Source: an uncultured bacterium
GTDB taxonomy: Bacteria; Chloroflexota; UBA5177; JANWHV01
Length of the DNA stretch: 64,000 nucleotides
Direction: 5' to 3'
NCBI GenBank assembly: GCA_963827235.1
Contig: CAWHAE010000011.1
Span: 1-64,000, forward strand
The notes beneath the pieces are model-generated. The model was not told the DNA's origin, made no database searches, and worked only from the letters and a program-made list of their open reading frames with translations. Position numbers and translations under genes: made by a program. Shown here piece by piece: positions 62,422-64,000 of this stretch; within the stretch, counting starts at the first letter, position 1; every line of letters starts with the position of its first letter.

Positions 62422-63368
62422 ACGGACCAGTATTCGGCAAGCCTGACGAAGTGAACTTCCCGCGCGCCATGGTCCTTTACGCGCTCGGCGCGCTCGTTGG
62501 CCTCGGCATTGCCGGCTACGGCCTGTTCACGGCACAGGGCACGACTACGCGCGGCGTGCCGCCGGAAGACGTGGCGCAGGTGAACCAGCGCCCGGTGCTA
62601 CGCAGCGACTTCCTCACCCAACTCGAGAGCGAGACGGGCGTGAACTTCGAGCAGGCCACGCGCACCGAGCAGCTGCGCGTGCTTGCCGACATGGTCGATG
62701 AGGAGTTGCTCGTGCAACGCGGCCTCGAGCTCGACTTCGCCGAAACCGACCAGGACACGCGCAACGCGCTGGTGGCAATCGTCAAACAGCAGATGATCGC
62801 CGACGTCACCACCAGCGCGGCCACCGAACAGCAGCTGCGCGACTGGTACGACAGCCACCGCGCCAATTACTCCACCGAGGGCACCATCACCGCCTGCGAC
62901 CTGCTGTTGCGCGCGCCCAAGGAGGCCGCGGGCGCGGCAGGTGCGGTGGGCGCGGCGCCCGCCGCCGCCGCGCTGGCCACGGCGCATGCGGCCGCTGCGG
63001 CGCTGCGCGCCGGCCAGCCGCTCGCAGCGGTGCTGGCCCGCAACGGGATGGAGAACGCGAACAAGTGCGAGGACAACTTCTGGTTTGCCGCGAAGATCCA
63101 CCTCGGCGATGTGTTGTTTGCGCAGGTAGAGGGGCTCACCGCCGGCGAAGTCACGGCGCCAGTGGCGCTGCGCGACGGCGTGCACGTCGTCTTGGTGCAA
63201 AAGAACGCGCCACCGGTGCCAATGACCTTCGAAGTGGCGCACGATAGGATTGAGGGCGACTACAAGGCCGACCGCGAGGCGCGCATCACCGCGGCGACCA
63301 TGCGCTTCCTACACCAGCGCTCGCGCATCGTAGTGGCCAACGACTACAAGCACGACTACCAGCCCTGA
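62418..63368 (+). CDS. PpiC/SurA-like peptidyl-prolyl isomerase domain protein
   Basis: N-terminal anchor, VAQVNQRPV, MVDEELLVQRGLEL, LRDWYDSH...Y, GEVTAPV...GVHVV; ATGA overlap with the upstream gene. Confidence 0.75.
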   Translation: MNGPVFGKPDEVNFPRAMVLYALGALVGLGIAGYGLFTAQGTTTRGVPPEDVAQVNQRPVLRSDFLTQLESETGVNFEQATRTEQLRVLADMVDEELLVQRGLELDFAETDQDTRNALVAIVKQQMIADVTTSAATEQQLRDWYDSHRANYSTEGTITACDLLLRAPKEAAGAAGAVGAAPAAAALATAHAAAAALRAGQPLAAVLARNGMENANKCEDNFWFAAKIHLGDVLFAQVEGLTAGEVTAPVALRDGVHVVLVQKNAPPVPMTFEVAHDRIEGDYKADREARITAATMRFLHQRSRIVVANDYKHDYQP

Positions 63369-64000
63369 TGGCCCCCCGGCGCGCACTAGTGGCCCTGCTC
63401 GCGCTCTGCGCCGCGCCCGCGGCGCTGGCGCACACGCTCAGCGAGAGCTTCTCGAACTGGCAGGTGAACGGCGCCGAGGTGCGCCTGCAGTTCACGGTGC
63501 CCGACCGCGAGGCGAAGCGGCTCAGTGCTGACGGCAAGGAGCTGCCGTCGAACGAGGCGCTGGGCCGGTACATCGCCGAGCACGTCGGCGCCACGGCAGG
63601 CGGGCGCGACTGCCCGCGCACCGAGGGGCCGCGGCCGATGAGCGCGATCGCAGACTTTCACCGCTACGAGCTCATCTACAAGTGCTCCTCGGCAGACGCG
63701 ATCCACCTGCACTCCTCGGTGCTGTTCGAGAAGGTCGCCTCGCACACCAATTTCGCCAAGATCCAGTCGGCCGACGGCGAGCTGTTCGAGCAGCTGATCA
63801 TCCGCGACAACCAGGACGTGCCTGCCTCCGGCGGCGCCGGCGAGAACGTGCTCGCGAGCGCCGGCTTCCTGAAGTTCATCGAACTCGGGCTGATGCACAT
63901 CTTCACCGGCATCGACCACATGTCGTTCATGCTGGGCTTGGTGCTGATCTCGCGGCGCGTGCGCGACCTGCTGTTCGTGGTCACGGGCTTCACGCTCGGC
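63368..64000 (+). CDS. HupE/UreJ-family protein (runs off the window end)
   Basis: Manual translation MAPRRALVALLALCAAPAALAH...ELGLMHIFTGIDHMSFMLGL...VTGFTLG matches the HupE/UreJ_2 motif. Confidence 0.85.
   Translation, partial: MAPRRALVALLALCAAPAALAHTLSESFSNWQVNGAEVRLQFTVPDREAKRLSADGKELPSNEALGRYIAEHVGATAGGRDCPRTEGPRPMSAIADFHRYELIYKCSSADAIHLHSSVLFEKVASHTNFAKIQSADGELFEQLIIRDNQDVPASGGAGENVLASAGFLKFIELGLMHIFTGIDHMSFMLGLVLISRRVRDLLFVVTGFTLG

Overview
GC-rich, Gram-negative (probably proteobacterial; inference) accessory region dominated by aromatic/xenobiotic catabolism. From left to right it holds: (1) a broken multi-PAS GGDEF-EAL gene; (2) the 5' fragment of a group II intron sitting on the tip of the left inverted repeat of a dead IS4-family element; (3) a first catabolic island (~5-25 kb) with two MhpR-like IclR regulators, MhpA-like and group D flavin monooxygenases, flavin reductase, FAA hydrolase, fused CoA transferase, thiolase/DUF35, maleate isomerase, VOC, SDR, dienelactone hydrolase and three CMD/AhpD-like proteins; (4) an all-secreted TonB-receptor module (25-32 kb) containing two distantly paralogous uncharacterised proteins flanking a metallo-beta-lactamase-fold protein that has lost its metal ligands; (5) a decayed RND gene, a lectin-like protein and a Tat sulfatase; (6) a second island (38.8-58.4 kb) with TBDR, crotonase, PhdK-like ALDH, LLM monooxygenase, amidohydrolase+DUF59, P450, ThDP decarboxylase, 4,5-dihydroxyphthalate-decarboxylase-like protein, IclR, flavin reductase-GntR fusion, fpr, mobA and LysR, five intergenic regions of which share a tandem operator motif; and (7) an MFS gene divergent from a cytochrome c-PPIase-HupE/UreJ operon, separated by a triple ~87-bp repeat. 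Many genes carry single frameshifts that look like long-read indel errors, while others are genuinely decayed. No rRNA, intact tRNA or CRISPR array was seen. All family calls come from motif recognition by eye; no searches were run.
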